From Prevotella sp. (GTDB taxonomy: Bacteria > Bacteroidota > Bacteroidia > Bacteroidales > Bacteroidaceae): DNA of 64,000 nucleotides. Below, one piece after another: positions 28,549 to 39,050 of this stretch. The stretch covers positions 15,421-79,420 of the forward strand of contig JAFUVV010000016.1 in NCBI GenBank assembly GCA_017477435.1, given 5' to 3'. Position 1 is the first letter of the stretch. Every line of letters starts with the position of its first letter. The position numbers and the translations under genes are program-made. Under the pieces are notes generated by a model. That model was given only the letters and a program-made list of their open reading frames with translations, ran no database searches and was not told the origin of the DNA.

Positions 28549-29928
28549 TTACAGGAAGAATGCCCCTTCTTGTCGCAGGCGTTTTCTCAAGTAGTCTACG
28601 TCGATGGAGTGCACATTGCCGTGTGTTTGGTCGATAGCATGCTTCGCTGCCATGCCTGCCGCCTCGCCAGTTACAAGGCAGCAGGGCATTATGCGTGTAC
28701 TGCCATACACCTCGCCGTCGGCCGATATACAGCGTCCGGCCGTGAGCAGATTCTTCAGTCCGCGAGGCGTCAGACAGCGATACGGTATGCCATGCGATTC
28801 TCCCTTCTTATATCTCTCTGCAGGCTTCTTGCTGCCGTGGATGTCGATGTAGTAGCAGTTGCGCCCAATCTCATCGTCAAACTGTCGGCGTTCTCTCCAG
28901 TCGTCGCCGGTGAGGATATAGTCGCCGGTGATGCGTCGGCTGTCGCGTATGCCAAGCACTTCGGCCGTGCGACTGATGAATGCCTCCTGAAAGGTGTCGG
29001 GCCGATAGTCTTTCAGTGCCCTGAGATATTCGGCAGCTTTTTTCCTGCCCTCAATCATAGCATCCGACACCTGCCATGGGTCGGTAGTGTCGAGTTGTAT
29101 GTGTCCGGCGTTGAAGCTCAGTTGCCCGTGGCCAGTAATACGACAGTTGGCATACGCATCCACCAAGGGATATTTTCCCGACTCGGCTGCTTCGAACAGT
29201 GGGCTGCGCCTATCGCCGTTGGTGTCGATGTGAGTGCCTTTGAAAAAAGCCTTTTCGTCGACGCCTCCCATCGAGAAACACAGCGACGACAGTTGGTTGG
29301 TGCCTTTGTCGTCGTGTCCTCTGGAGTATTTTGCCCCTGCCCACATTGCCACGTCGCCATCGCCGGTGGCATCAATGAACACCTTTGCACGGAATGCCGT
29401 AAGTCCGTTTTTATTGGCCACTATTACAGCGTCGATAGTATCATCGGCCGACATCTCCACCTGGCATATACGTGAGAAGAACAGCACCTTTGCTCCCGAG
29501 CCGATTACCATCTGGTCGTAGACGGTCGTGAGATATTCAGGATTGATAGGCACCCAGTTCACATCTTTTTCCCTGACATACGGCACGGCTTTCTTCGATT
29601 CGTTGAGTATCTTTTCTGCCAGTCCGCGATAGATTATTCTTTCCCCATCGCTAAACGGCGACCACGTCGGTACCATGCCCGATGTTCCCAGTCCGCCGAG
29701 TCTGCCGTTCGACTCTACCAACAGAGTGCGTGCACCTTCGCGTGCTGCCGATATAGCGGCAGTGCATCCTGCTGGGCCGCCGCCGATAACGATGACATCC
29801 CAATCGCCCTCTGCGGACTTTATAATGTTCTTGTTTGTCTTCCATCTCTTGGCCATGCTGGGTAACGGCATCAATGCTCCAAGGGAGAGCATACCCATTT
29901 GTTTAATAAATTTTCTTCTCGATGGCAT
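28549..29928 (-). CDS. Tat-exported FAD-dependent oxidoreductase
   Basis: MPSRRKFIK twin-Arg; DVIVIGGGPAG, FIDATGDGD, GIRDSRR, IPYRCL, AGRCIS. Confidence 0.9.
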   Translation of the reverse strand: MPSRRKFIKQMGMLSLGALMPLPSMAKRWKTNKNIIKSAEGDWDVIVIGGGPAGCTAAISAAREGARTLLVESNGRLGGLGTSGMVPTWSPFSDGERIIYRGLAEKILNESKKAVPYVREKDVNWVPINPEYLTTVYDQMVIGSGAKVLFFSRICQVEMSADDTIDAVIVANKNGLTAFRAKVFIDATGDGDVAMWAGAKYSRGHDDKGTNQLSSLCFSMGGVDEKAFFKGTHIDTNGDRRSPLFEAAESGKYPLVDAYANCRITGHGQLSFNAGHIQLDTTDPWQVSDAMIEGRKKAAEYLRALKDYRPDTFQEAFISRTAEVLGIRDSRRITGDYILTGDDWRERRQFDDEIGRNCYYIDIHGSKKPAERYKKGESHGIPYRCLTPRGLKNLLTAGRCISADGEVYGSTRIMPCCLVTGEAAGMAAKHAIDQTHGNVHSIDVDYLRKRLRQEGAFFL

Positions 29929-29944
29929 AGTGTTTTTAATTCTT

Positions 29945-29986
29945 GGAGTGAGGAGTGAGGAGTGTGTAGTGAGGAGTGTGGAGTGA
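29945..29986. repeat. Six tandem heptamers (GGAGTGA/GGAGTGT)
   Basis: GGAGTGA GGAGTGA GGAGTGT GTAGTGA GGAGTGT GGAGTGA directly upstream of the oxidoreductase start. Confidence 0.85.
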
Positions 29987-30111
29987 GATATGCATATAAT
30001 ACGTCTACTTGTCTACTTATTAGGGTATAGAATTAACCGACGCATACAAATTTACATGAATTAGTTGACGTATACAAATTTTCTGCTCTTTATATATTAA
30101 GTTCTTTGGCG

Positions 30112-30156
30112 AAAAAAGTGCCTGCCGAAGGCTTTCACCCCAGCAGACACTTTTTT
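30112..30156 (-). terminator. Terminator after susD
   Basis: AAAAAAGTGCCTGC ... GCAGACACTTTTTT. Confidence 0.75.
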
Positions 30157-30169
30157 ACCATTCATATAC

Positions 30170-31642
30170 TTAATAACCTTCGTTCTGATCAGTCTCTTCT
30201 GTGAGAGCGTCGTTATACTGGAATTCAGTCACAGGAATAGGCCAGTAGAAGTGCATCGCCTGGACGTCCTTGTTCTTATATTCCTTGATGCGTTCTTCAG
30301 CTATTCCGACCCTACAGAGATAGAGCCAGCGCTTAGCCTCGTTCATACATTCGTAGCCCTGTTCGTCGACAACGAGGCGCAGGAATTTGTCGAACGATGT
30401 ATAGTCAGCCAGTTGGAAATCTACTGGCGATGCTGTATTCTGGTCGTATCCATAGGCACGGCGGTGTACCTTGTTCACATATTCTATAGCCTCCTGAGTG
30501 CCAGCATTTGTCTGTCGTGCCACAGCCTCGGCATAGTTGAGCAGCACGTCGGCATAGCGTATCACTGGCCAGTCGTTGCCTGCACCAACTTTATCCAATG
30601 CCTTCGGGTCGTAGTACTTGCAGAAGATGTACGTCTGGCAGCCGGCATTCAGACCAAAGTCGAGGGGCAGAATGTTGTACTCCTTGCGGAAATCGGCATC
30701 GTCCCAGTCTTGAATCATCTTATTGTTCTCCAGCGCATATATTCCATACCATCCCAGTCCGCCTGCGAGCATCGGTTGCCCATTGATCACAGCCTTGGGA
30801 TGAGCGCAGCACATCACGAACTGCCACCCCATGCCCGGTGTGGTGTTGTCGTTCTTCAGATAGAAAATCTCCTCTGGCGATACGTTGATATTGGCGCCAA
30901 ACACCTTTTCAAAGTCACGAGCCTTGGTCACCTTTGTCAGAGAGTATTTCCCACTATCGATCACAGCCTTTGCCGCTGCTGCAGCTTCGGGATATTGTTT
31001 ACGCTGCAGGTAGACATCGGCCAGCAGAGCGTATGCAGCATATCTGCAGGGTGCTCCCGAAAGGCGAGGTGTCTCAGGGGCATTCTCCGTGGCATATTTA
31101 AGGTCGTCGATGATATAGCTATAAATTTCGTCAACAGAACTCTTGCCCAAGTTATACTCGCTCATATTCTTCTCCGTGCGCAGTGGCACTTCTTTATAGA
31201 GTCTCACGAGATAATAGTAGGAAAAAGCCCGCAGGAATCTCAGTTCTCCAATGTAGCTTGCCTTTTGAGTGTCGTTCATCATCGAAGCCTCGGGAAGACG
31301 TTCGATAGCAATGTTACAGTCGCGAATGCTCTTGTATAGAGTCGACCAGATTGTTCCAGCACGAGTGACGTTGCTAGCTGTCTTCAGTCCGTAGTATTCG
31401 CTAATCTCTGTCCACGAGCCACGACCATAGGAATAGTCGGCAGAGGCTTCTTGCATGGTGCAGAATTCCATGTTATTGAATGCGTTTCTATACTTGTCGA
31501 GTGCAGCGAGCACAGCGGCATCGGCCTCTTTTGGTGTGTTGTAGAATGTTTCGGCAGCAACCGACTTCGGATTCTCGTCGAGCAAATCGGAGCACGACAC
31601 AAGAACCTGACATATTAAGAATATAAATATTATTTTTTTCAT
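30170..31642 (-). CDS. SusD/RagB lipoprotein
   Basis: Start MKKIIFIFLICQVLVSC (lipobox); GELRFLRAFSYYYLVRLY, IRYADVLLNYAEA, C-terminal QNEGY. Confidence 0.95.
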   Translation of the reverse strand: MKKIIFIFLICQVLVSCSDLLDENPKSVAAETFYNTPKEADAAVLAALDKYRNAFNNMEFCTMQEASADYSYGRGSWTEISEYYGLKTASNVTRAGTIWSTLYKSIRDCNIAIERLPEASMMNDTQKASYIGELRFLRAFSYYYLVRLYKEVPLRTEKNMSEYNLGKSSVDEIYSYIIDDLKYATENAPETPRLSGAPCRYAAYALLADVYLQRKQYPEAAAAAKAVIDSGKYSLTKVTKARDFEKVFGANINVSPEEIFYLKNDNTTPGMGWQFVMCCAHPKAVINGQPMLAGGLGWYGIYALENNKMIQDWDDADFRKEYNILPLDFGLNAGCQTYIFCKYYDPKALDKVGAGNDWPVIRYADVLLNYAEAVARQTNAGTQEAIEYVNKVHRRAYGYDQNTASPVDFQLADYTSFDKFLRLVVDEQGYECMNEAKRWLYLCRVGIAEERIKEYKNKDVQAMHFYWPIPVTEFQYNDALTEETDQNEGY

Positions 31643-31656
31643 AATCTTTCTTTTTT

Positions 31657-34600
31657 TTAGAATTCTAATTTTGCTCCTATTGTAAATGTTCTGACGCTTG
31701 GGTAGGTCAGATAGTCGTAACCTCTCTGAGTATCGTTGTTCCACGAGCTGATGTCTGGGTCTTGACCAGAATAACCTGTAATAGTAAATACATTCTGTGC
31801 GCTTACATACACTCTTGCTCTGTGCAGCCACTTGCTGACGCCCATTTTGTTTACAGGCAGGTTATATCCGAGCGAGATAGTCTTCAGTCGCAGGTAGGAT
31901 CCGTCTTCCACGAAGCGGTCGGAGACACGTATGCTTTGCTTGCTGGTCAGCTTCGGGTATTTTGCAGCTGCGTTTGCCTCGGCACTGCCCGTGGCACTCC
32001 AGTGGCTGTTGTATACGTCGACACTATAGTTCATGGGGGTTGCGTAGTCGAGATTCTGGAACTCTGTGATATTGAAGATTTCATTACCTTGACTGCCTTG
32101 GAAGAAGATGTTCAGGTCGAACCCTGCGTAGGAGAGTGATGTGGTCAGACCATATACGAAGTCGGGATTAGGATTGCCGGAGATGACTTTGTCGTCGTTG
32201 GTGTATGATCCGTTTTCGTCGCGGTCGAGATATGTGAGCATACCTTTCTCGTCATAACCTGTCTCTGTATAGGTGTAGAACACTCCGAGGGGCTCTCCTT
32301 CGCGGATGAGTGAGATGTTGTCTGAGCAATATGCCAGTCCTGGATTGCCGGTGTAGAGCTCCTGCCCGTTATAAAGTTTTTCAACTCTGTTGCGGTTGAG
32401 TGACAAGTTGGCTCCTGCTGTCCAGACGAGCTTGCCGGTGCGTATGATGTCGCCGTCTACTGCAATTTCAAATCCCTTATTGCTCATCTTTCCTATGTTG
32501 CGCAGAGTGGTGTCGTAGCCGGTAGATCCAGGCAGGCTCACCGAGTTGAGCAGGTCGCGGGTCATCTTGCTATAGTAGTCGGCTGTAATGCGCAGGCGGT
32601 TGTCGAAGAATCCAGCGTCGATACCTACGTTCCATTGCGATGTTGTCTCCCATTTGAGCGACGATGGAAGTTGTGTGCTTGCTGCGTAGTATGTCTGCAC
32701 TCCGCTTGTGCCGATGGGCGATTTTCCCTGTGAGAGCATGTTAAGCGTGGCGTATGGGTCGATGGCTGTAGAGCCTGTTTCTCCATAACCGACGCGGAGT
32801 TTCAGGTTGGATATTTGCTTAATGTCTCTCATGAACGGCTCGTCGGATATTCTCCATGCGAGGGCTGCCGAGGGGAAGTATCCCCATTTGTTTCCTGCCG
32901 AATAGCGTGACGAACCGTCGGCACGTATGCTGAACGTTGCAAGGTAGCGGCCTTTGTAAGCATAGTTTATACGTCCGAGCCACGACATGAGTGTCCATTT
33001 CTGGTAGCTCGTTGATGGTGTGCCGAACGAGGCGGCTGCACTTATCTGGTCGGTGCCTGGCGCATCGCTGAGGAAGTCGCTGCCAGATGCAGATACAGTT
33101 CTGCGCTGATACTCTTGGTATGTGAAACCGCCCATCAGGTTGAGATCATGGTCTTCGCCGAGGTCGAATGTGTAGTTGGCAATATTCTCGTTGATGATTG
33201 TGCGTAGTGTAGTTGATGTGACTGAAGCATAGTTTGATCCCCATTGATATTTAGATGTGCGATACGAATCGCTTCTGTAGTCGTTGTTCTCTATTCCGAG
33301 CGATGATTTGAGTGAAAATCCGCGGAAAGGTTTCCATGTCACTGCAGCAATGATGTTTGAGAGGTGGGCGCGTGTAGCGCTTGATGTCTCGTTGATGAGG
33401 ATCATCGGGTTCCACAAGTTGCTTGAGAGTATGGAGTAGGTCGTTCCCAGTGAGGTATAGCTTCCGTCGTCGTTGTAAGGGCGCAGAATTGCAGGTGTGA
33501 AATAAGCTGCGCTGAGCAGCGAGTTACCACGGTTGCCTCCTGAGAGGGCGCTATGCGATGTAGTTTTTGTGCTGGTGTATCCCATGTTGAGGTCTACGTG
33601 CAACCATTTGTTGATGTCGTGGTTGATGATACTGCGCAGGTTATACTTGTTGTATCCAGTGCCTTTTATGATACCATCGCGCAGCATTGCCGATCCGCTT
33701 ATCAACACCTTTGTCCGCTCATTGCCTGTGCTGACGGTGACGTTATGGTTTTGTATTGGAGCCGAAGAGAACACTGCCTCTTGCCAGTCGAACCCTTCGC
33801 CGAAGGCAGCCACCTGCTCGTCGGTGAAGAATGGCTTGCCGGCATCGTTGCTGGTTATTTCGTTGGCCACTGCGGCAAATTGTGTACCGTTGGTCATGTC
33901 CATCTTCTTCATAATGCTCTGCCATCCGTAGTAGCCGTCGTAGCTCACGTGGGTTCCCTGTTCTCCGCTTACGGTGGTGATGAGCACTACGCCGTTTGCT
34001 CCGCGCGATCCATAGATGGCGGTTGCCGAGGCATCTTTGAGAACTTCCACCGATTTGATGTCCATCGTATTGATGGATGACACGTTCATCGGCATTCCGT
34101 CGACGATGTAGAGTGGTTCGTTGGAACCCTTGATGGAGTTGTTACCGCGTATGCGGATAGCGAAATTACCTTGTGGGTCGCCAGTGTTGTTTATCAGTAC
34201 AACTCCGGGAACACGACCTTGCAGGGCTTGCAGTGCGTTTGGTACGGCTTGCTGCTGAAGGTCTTTGCCAGATACGGATGCAATGGCTCCAGTGAGGTCG
34301 CGCTTCTTCATTGTGCCATAGCCGATTACCACGAGTTCGTCGAGCGAGTTTTCAACGTCTTCGGTGAGTGTGATGTTGACATGCGACCTGCGGCCTACTG
34401 CAACCTCTTGGTTTTGGAATCCGATGTAGCTTACCACGAGTATGGGATTTGCATCGCTGACGGGTAGCTGGAACGAACCGTCGATGCCAGTCACCACACC
34501 TTGTGTGGCGCCCTTCTCCATAACACTTGCTCCCACCAGTGGCTCTCCGCTCTGATCGACTACAACACCGCTCACCTTCCTGTCGTCGGCAGGGGCGAGA

Positions 34601-34971
34601 GTGGTCTTCTGCGTAGGTTTTTCGACTTCTTTCAGGTAGATGTTCTTACCGGAGATGTAGTAGGTGGTGTTTGTCCCGGCAAGAATAAGGTTCAGTACAT
34701 CTTCTATCTTTCCGTTGTTTACTCTTACCGACACCTTTCGGTTGACGTCGAGCGAAGCAGGATAGAAGAATACATAGCCGCTCTTTTTCTCGATGGTGGA
34801 GAAGACATCCTTCAGTGTGCGCTTCTCTACGTTGAGCGACAGCTTCTTTTCGTGTATCTGAAACACGATTTCGTTTGGTCGTGCGTTGACGTTGGGGCAT
34901 GCCAGTACCAACAACATCAGCACAACAGTGACTTTAAGAATCTTACTGTTCTGTAAAAATGATTTTACCAT
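31657..34971 (-). CDS. SusC/RagA TonB-dependent transducer with N-terminal signalling (STN) domain
   Basis: STN extension; VVIGYGT, PLYIVDG, VLKDASATAIYGSRGANGVVLIT, VEDGSYLRLK; C-terminal F. Confidence 0.97.
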   Translation of the reverse strand: MVKSFLQNSKILKVTVVLMLLVLACPNVNARPNEIVFQIHEKKLSLNVEKRTLKDVFSTIEKKSGYVFFYPASLDVNRKVSVRVNNGKIEDVLNLILAGTNTTYYISGKNIYLKEVEKPTQKTTLAPADDRKVSGVVVDQSGEPLVGASVMEKGATQGVVTGIDGSFQLPVSDANPILVVSYIGFQNQEVAVGRRSHVNITLTEDVENSLDELVVIGYGTMKKRDLTGAIASVSGKDLQQQAVPNALQALQGRVPGVVLINNTGDPQGNFAIRIRGNNSIKGSNEPLYIVDGMPMNVSSINTMDIKSVEVLKDASATAIYGSRGANGVVLITTVSGEQGTHVSYDGYYGWQSIMKKMDMTNGTQFAAVANEITSNDAGKPFFTDEQVAAFGEGFDWQEAVFSSAPIQNHNVTVSTGNERTKVLISGSAMLRDGIIKGTGYNKYNLRSIINHDINKWLHVDLNMGYTSTKTTSHSALSGGNRGNSLLSAAYFTPAILRPYNDDGSYTSLGTTYSILSSNLWNPMILINETSSATRAHLSNIIAAVTWKPFRGFSLKSSLGIENNDYRSDSYRTSKYQWGSNYASVTSTTLRTIINENIANYTFDLGEDHDLNLMGGFTYQEYQRRTVSASGSDFLSDAPGTDQISAAASFGTPSTSYQKWTLMSWLGRINYAYKGRYLATFSIRADGSSRYSAGNKWGYFPSAALAWRISDEPFMRDIKQISNLKLRVGYGETGSTAIDPYATLNMLSQGKSPIGTSGVQTYYAASTQLPSSLKWETTSQWNVGIDAGFFDNRLRITADYYSKMTRDLLNSVSLPGSTGYDTTLRNIGKMSNKGFEIAVDGDIIRTGKLVWTAGANLSLNRNRVEKLYNGQELYTGNPGLAYCSDNISLIREGEPLGVFYTYTETGYDEKGMLTYLDRDENGSYTNDDKVISGNPNPDFVYGLTTSLSYAGFDLNIFFQGSQGNEIFNITEFQNLDYATPMNYSVDVYNSHWSATGSAEANAAAKYPKLTSKQSIRVSDRFVEDGSYLRLKTISLGYNLPVNKMGVSKWLHRARVYVSAQNVFTITGYSGQDPDISSWNNDTQRGYDYLTYPSVRTFTIGAKLEF

Positions 34972-35071
34972 ACTGATTATTTAGATTTAATAAAGATGTA
35001 TTATTTCAGTGTAGGCTTTAGGATTTTTACAGAGAACGAATTTGTGTTGGCTATATACTCACTATTGTGTG

Positions 35072-35950
35072 TTAAAATATTTTAATGTAATAACAATTAT
35101 TGCTATAATAGTAGTCTACGTACTGCATGTGGTTCAGTGCGTTGAGTGTTTCTTCGAAGTTGTTGTTCAGATACATCTTGCCAGTATAGTAGTTTGGCTT
35201 GTTGCTTTCTATCTGTATTTTCACGTCGTAGTATTCCGCCAGTTGTCGCAGGATGTTTTCGAGCGATTCGTTGTCGTAGGTGTATACTCCTTGCGTCCAG
35301 CTTATCATGCTGTGGGCATCAACGTTTCTCACCGTGAGCTCATTGCCGCTCATCTCGAGTTTCTGGTTTGGAACGAGCACAGTTTTGTTGCCGCTCTCTT
35401 TCTCGTTGACAGCCACCGACCCCGACACGAGGATAACATTGTTGTAGTGGCTTTCGCTTTTTGCTTTTACAGAGAATTTCGTACCGAGCACCTCCACCTG
35501 TGCGTCGTTGGTGTGGACAACGAAAGGATGTCTTGCGTCGTGGAACGCTTCAACGTATATTTCGCCTTCCACCTTTATCTCTCTCTTCTTGCCTTTAAAC
35601 TCGCTGGGGGCATAGAGTTTTGTATTGGCATTGAGCCACACTTTCGTGCCGTCGGAGAGTGTCAGCTGAGTGGTCTCCGCCTTGCCGGTGAAGTGGTTGT
35701 ATTTCATCGTTGTGCTGGCATCAGCCAATAGTTTCTGCTGGTCTTCGCTCTTGTTTTTTAAGAAAAAGGCAGTTCCTGCAATGCCTGCCACGAGCAGCAC
35801 TGCAGCGGCATATCGGAGCATCTTCTTCATGCCGATGCGCCGATGTCGCGATTCGTATTTATCTATGTCTTGCTCAATGCTCTTCCATAGCTGGTCGATG
35901 TCTTTTTCGCTGAGCAATTCTTTTCTAATCTCTTCCATATCTTGTTGCAA
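35072..35950 (-). CDS. FecR-family anti-sigma factor
   Basis: RYAAAVLL TM; LTLSDGTKVWLNANT, VEVLGTKFSV; start codon uncertain. Confidence 0.93.
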   Translation of the reverse strand: MQQDMEEIRKELLSEKDIDQLWKSIEQDIDKYESRHRRIGMKKMLRYAAAVLLVAGIAGTAFFLKNKSEDQQKLLADASTTMKYNHFTGKAETTQLTLSDGTKVWLNANTKLYAPSEFKGKKREIKVEGEIYVEAFHDARHPFVVHTNDAQVEVLGTKFSVKAKSESHYNNVILVSGSVAVNEKESGNKTVLVPNQKLEMSGNELTVRNVDAHSMISWTQGVYTYDNESLENILRQLAEYYDVKIQIESNKPNYYTGKMYLNNNFEETLNALNHMQYVDYYYSNNCYYIKIF

Positions 35951-35970
35951 ATGTATGGTCGCACATGTTT

Positions 35971-36567
35971 CTATAGTGTTTTGCGCATTTTTGTCAGTGC
36001 GCGCTGAATGATGTTCGATACCGATTGCGGCTTTATATCCAGCAGTGTGGCAATATCGCTCACCGACATGTTTTCTACAAATCTGTAGTATATCACCTTT
36101 TGTTGGTTCGACGTGAGCAGCGAGAGCTGTTCGTTTACGTCGGCCTCGTCATCGTCGTCGTCGTTGCCCGGGATTGATGTGTTGTCCCACGCGTCGTACA
36201 TTTTTTCAAAGGGGGTCATGTTGTCTGTATGCATCATCCGCGACTCTTTTCTGTATTTGTCGATGATAATGTTTCTCATTCTTATTGTGAGATACGCCGC
36301 CACATTTCTCACCCCGATGAGTCGTTGCCTATTGATGTAGAGGCTGAGAAACAGGTCGTGTATGAATCCCATTATCTCCTCCTTGTCGCCGGTAAAGCGC
36401 ATACCATAGTTGGCCAAGCGTCTGACGTGGCTACGGTATAGTTGTTCAAAAGCGTTGCGGTCGCCTTCTACAAACGAGCTCCACAACACCATATCCATTT
36501 CTGGATCTTGCATCATCTGAACATTCAGGTTCATGAGCTCTTCCCCATTTTGTTCATTAATAGACAC
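35971..36567 (-). CDS. ECF sigma-70 factor
   Basis: GDRNAFEQLY region 2; IATLLDIKPQSVSNIIQRAL region 4; upstream of fecR-susC; start may be 36534. Confidence 0.92.
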   Translation of the reverse strand: MSINEQNGEELMNLNVQMMQDPEMDMVLWSSFVEGDRNAFEQLYRSHVRRLANYGMRFTGDKEEIMGFIHDLFLSLYINRQRLIGVRNVAAYLTIRMRNIIIDKYRKESRMMHTDNMTPFEKMYDAWDNTSIPGNDDDDDEADVNEQLSLLTSNQQKVIYYRFVENMSVSDIATLLDIKPQSVSNIIQRALTKMRKTL

Positions 36568-36638
36568 TTATAGAACGAACTAGGCTGGGGTTTATACTCA
36601 TGCGATTTTGTTAAGAATTATTAAGAGTGGTTTTTGTG

Positions 36639-37172
36639 CTATAGTCTTATCTCGGTAAACATCTGTTTTATTATTCCCATGGCTTTTTTTATGGAATGCA
36701 GTCCGAAGTCGTCGGGGTTTAGTCGGTCGATGGGTATGAACAGGCATTCTGCTGCGTCGTCGTTGGCGTGTAGCGGGCTGAAGTCGTCGACGTGGCACAG
36801 GAAGAACACGTCCATCGTCGGGATGGGCAGCCCGCTGTATTCATAGTTGTTGGGCTGGGTGAAGAGATATTGCGTCGCTGTCACCTTCAGCCCCGTCTCC
36901 TCCATCACTTCGCGGCATACGCCCTCCTCCGACGTCTCCCGTGCGTCGGAGAATCCGCCCGGCATGTCGAGGGTGCCGCGGGCAGGATCGTTCTTCCGCC
37001 TCACAGCGAGCAGTTCGCGCCGGTCGTTGAGGATGATGGCTACGGTGGCAGCACTCGGGTTCATGTAGTACACGAAGCCGCAGTCGGAGCATTTCTTGCT
37101 CTTCACGTTGTTGATTTCGAAATGACAGCTGCCGCATACGGGGCAGAACTTGAACTTGTCTAATGGATGCAT
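36639..37172 (-). CDS. NUDIX hydrolase with N-terminal zinc ribbon
   Basis: Start MHPLDKF; CPVCG...CSDCG; Nudix box GGFSDARETSEEGVCREVMEETG. Confidence 0.92.
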   Translation of the reverse strand: MHPLDKFKFCPVCGSCHFEINNVKSKKCSDCGFVYYMNPSAATVAIILNDRRELLAVRRKNDPARGTLDMPGGFSDARETSEEGVCREVMEETGLKVTATQYLFTQPNNYEYSGLPIPTMDVFFLCHVDDFSPLHANDDAAECLFIPIDRLNPDDFGLHSIKKAMGIIKQMFTEIRL

Positions 37173-37302
37173 AATCGTTTGAACAGATTTTATCTGCTGC
37201 AAAATTACGTTAAAAAAACATGATAACCGCTGTCGGGAGAGCGATGTTGGAGATTTTTATGTTAATTTTGCAATTACTGGAAAAAACATAAAACAAGAAG
37301 AA

Positions 37303-38127
37303 ATGCGTTTCAAGAAGATTTTCTTTATTGCGGCCTTTTGTGTCGCGTCGCTGGCTGTTGCAGCCCAGCAGAGTTTCACGATGGATCTCTATTCCGGTCG
37401 TCCCACGGTGAAGGGCACCGACAAGAACGACACCGCACGTGTCTACGTCTACCTTCCCGATGCCTCCCGCAGCACCGGCCGCGCTGTCCTCATCCTTCCC
37501 GGAGGTGCCTATGAATGGCTGTCGATGGAGAACGAGGGGAGCGGCTTTGCCGAATATTTCAATAACCTTGGCATCGCAGCCGTGGTGCTGAAATATCGCA
37601 TGCCCCACGGCAAGCCCCTTGTGCCCATCAGCGATGCAGAGGAAGCGATGAGGCTCATCCGCCGCAGTGCGCAGCAGTGGCACATCAACCCCAGCGACGT
37701 GGGCGTGCTCGGCTCGTCGGCAGGAGGACACCTGGCTGCCACTCTCTCCACACTGGCAAAAGAAGATGCGCGGCCAAACTTCCAGATTCTCTTCTATCCG
37801 CTGCTCACCATGATGCCCGAGAATACCCACAAGGGCGCCCACGACAGCTTCCTCGGCAAGAAAGCCAAGAAGAAAGATGAGCGCCTCTACAGCCCTATGC
37901 TGCAGGTGAACCGCCACACACCACGCGCCCTAATCTTCTTCGGAGAGAAGGACGACCTCGTGCCAACGTGGAACGGCACCGACTACTATCTCGAACTCTA
38001 TCGCCACGATGTGCCGGCGTCGATATTCATCTATCCCGGCGTAGGCCACGGATTCGGATCGACAAAGAACGGAGCAGTCAACATGAGCAAGTTCGCCGAC
38101 ATGAGATCATGGCTGCAAAGCTTTTAG
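37303..38127 (+). CDS. Secreted alpha/beta-hydrolase (BD-FAE/acetylesterase-like)
   Basis: LPGGAY, LKYRMP, GSSAGGHLA, GVGHGFG. Confidence 0.9.
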   Translation: MRFKKIFFIAAFCVASLAVAAQQSFTMDLYSGRPTVKGTDKNDTARVYVYLPDASRSTGRAVLILPGGAYEWLSMENEGSGFAEYFNNLGIAAVVLKYRMPHGKPLVPISDAEEAMRLIRRSAQQWHINPSDVGVLGSSAGGHLAATLSTLAKEDARPNFQILFYPLLTMMPENTHKGAHDSFLGKKAKKKDERLYSPMLQVNRHTPRALIFFGEKDDLVPTWNGTDYYLELYRHDVPASIFIYPGVGHGFGSTKNGAVNMSKFADMRSWLQSF

Positions 38128-38169
38128 AAAGAGAGAATAAAAAAGAAGGAAAAAACACAGAAATATATT

Positions 38170-38988
38170 ATGATTAAGAAAATATTCCTCATCGTGTCGT
38201 TAGTTGTGCTCTCCTCTGCAGTAGGAATTGCACAGAACAAGAAAGTCGTCGACCTCTGGCCCCAAGGGGCACCAAACGACAACGAGAACCCCGCCGACAC
38301 CGCCCGCATGTATGTATTCTTCCCCCGCCACTCCGTCGGACGCGCTGTCGTCGTCTGTCCAGGCGGCGGCTACGGAGGCCTTGCCATGAACCACGAGGGC
38401 TACGACTGGGTGCCATACTTCAACAATATGGGCATCACCGTCGCCGTACTGAAATATCGCATGCCGCGAGGACACAAGGAAGTGCCCTCCACCGACGCAT
38501 GCGAGGCTATCCGTCTGTTGCGCGAGAAAGCCAAGGCGTGGCGTATAAACCCCGACGACATCGGCATCATGGGCTTCTCCGCCGGCGGACACCTCGCCTC
38601 AACCGTTGCCACGCAGGCTAAGGGCGACTCGAAACCAAACTTCCAGATACTCTTCTATCCCGTCATCACGATGGACCCGGCCTACACCCACATGGGCTCC
38701 CACGACAATCTCCTCGGCAAGAAGCCCGGTGCATGGCAGGAGGGAGCATACAGCGGCGAGCAGAACGTGAAAACCGACACGCCGCGGGCATTCATCGTCC
38801 TGTCGGATGACGACGACGTGGTACCCCCCGCAAACGGAGTGAACTACTACGCCGCGCTGTATAAGAAGAACGTGCCTGCCACGCTCTACGTCTATCCCAC
38901 CGGAGGCCACGGCTACGGGATGAGGAATACCTTTGCCTACCATCTCGAGATGCTCAACAACCTCACCACCTGGCTGCAGAGCTTCTGA
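38170..38988 (+). CDS. Secreted alpha/beta-hydrolase, tandem paralog of the preceding gene
   Basis: CPGGGY, GFSAGGHLA, PNFQILFYP, GGHGYG; both proteins end WLQSF. Confidence 0.9.
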   Translation: MIKKIFLIVSLVVLSSAVGIAQNKKVVDLWPQGAPNDNENPADTARMYVFFPRHSVGRAVVVCPGGGYGGLAMNHEGYDWVPYFNNMGITVAVLKYRMPRGHKEVPSTDACEAIRLLREKAKAWRINPDDIGIMGFSAGGHLASTVATQAKGDSKPNFQILFYPVITMDPAYTHMGSHDNLLGKKPGAWQEGAYSGEQNVKTDTPRAFIVLSDDDDVVPPANGVNYYAALYKKNVPATLYVYPTGGHGYGMRNTFAYHLEMLNNLTTWLQSF

Positions 38989-39050
38989 ACAGCCACATCT
39001 TTCAGGCTGGAATACAATATCGAGACACAGAATAAGACCCGTCGCTGCCA

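Noticed and set aside
34972-35071. Antisense PUL sRNA between fecR and susC
   Set aside because: Known for some ECF-regulated PULs, but no convincing + strand TAnnTTTG promoter or terminator was seen
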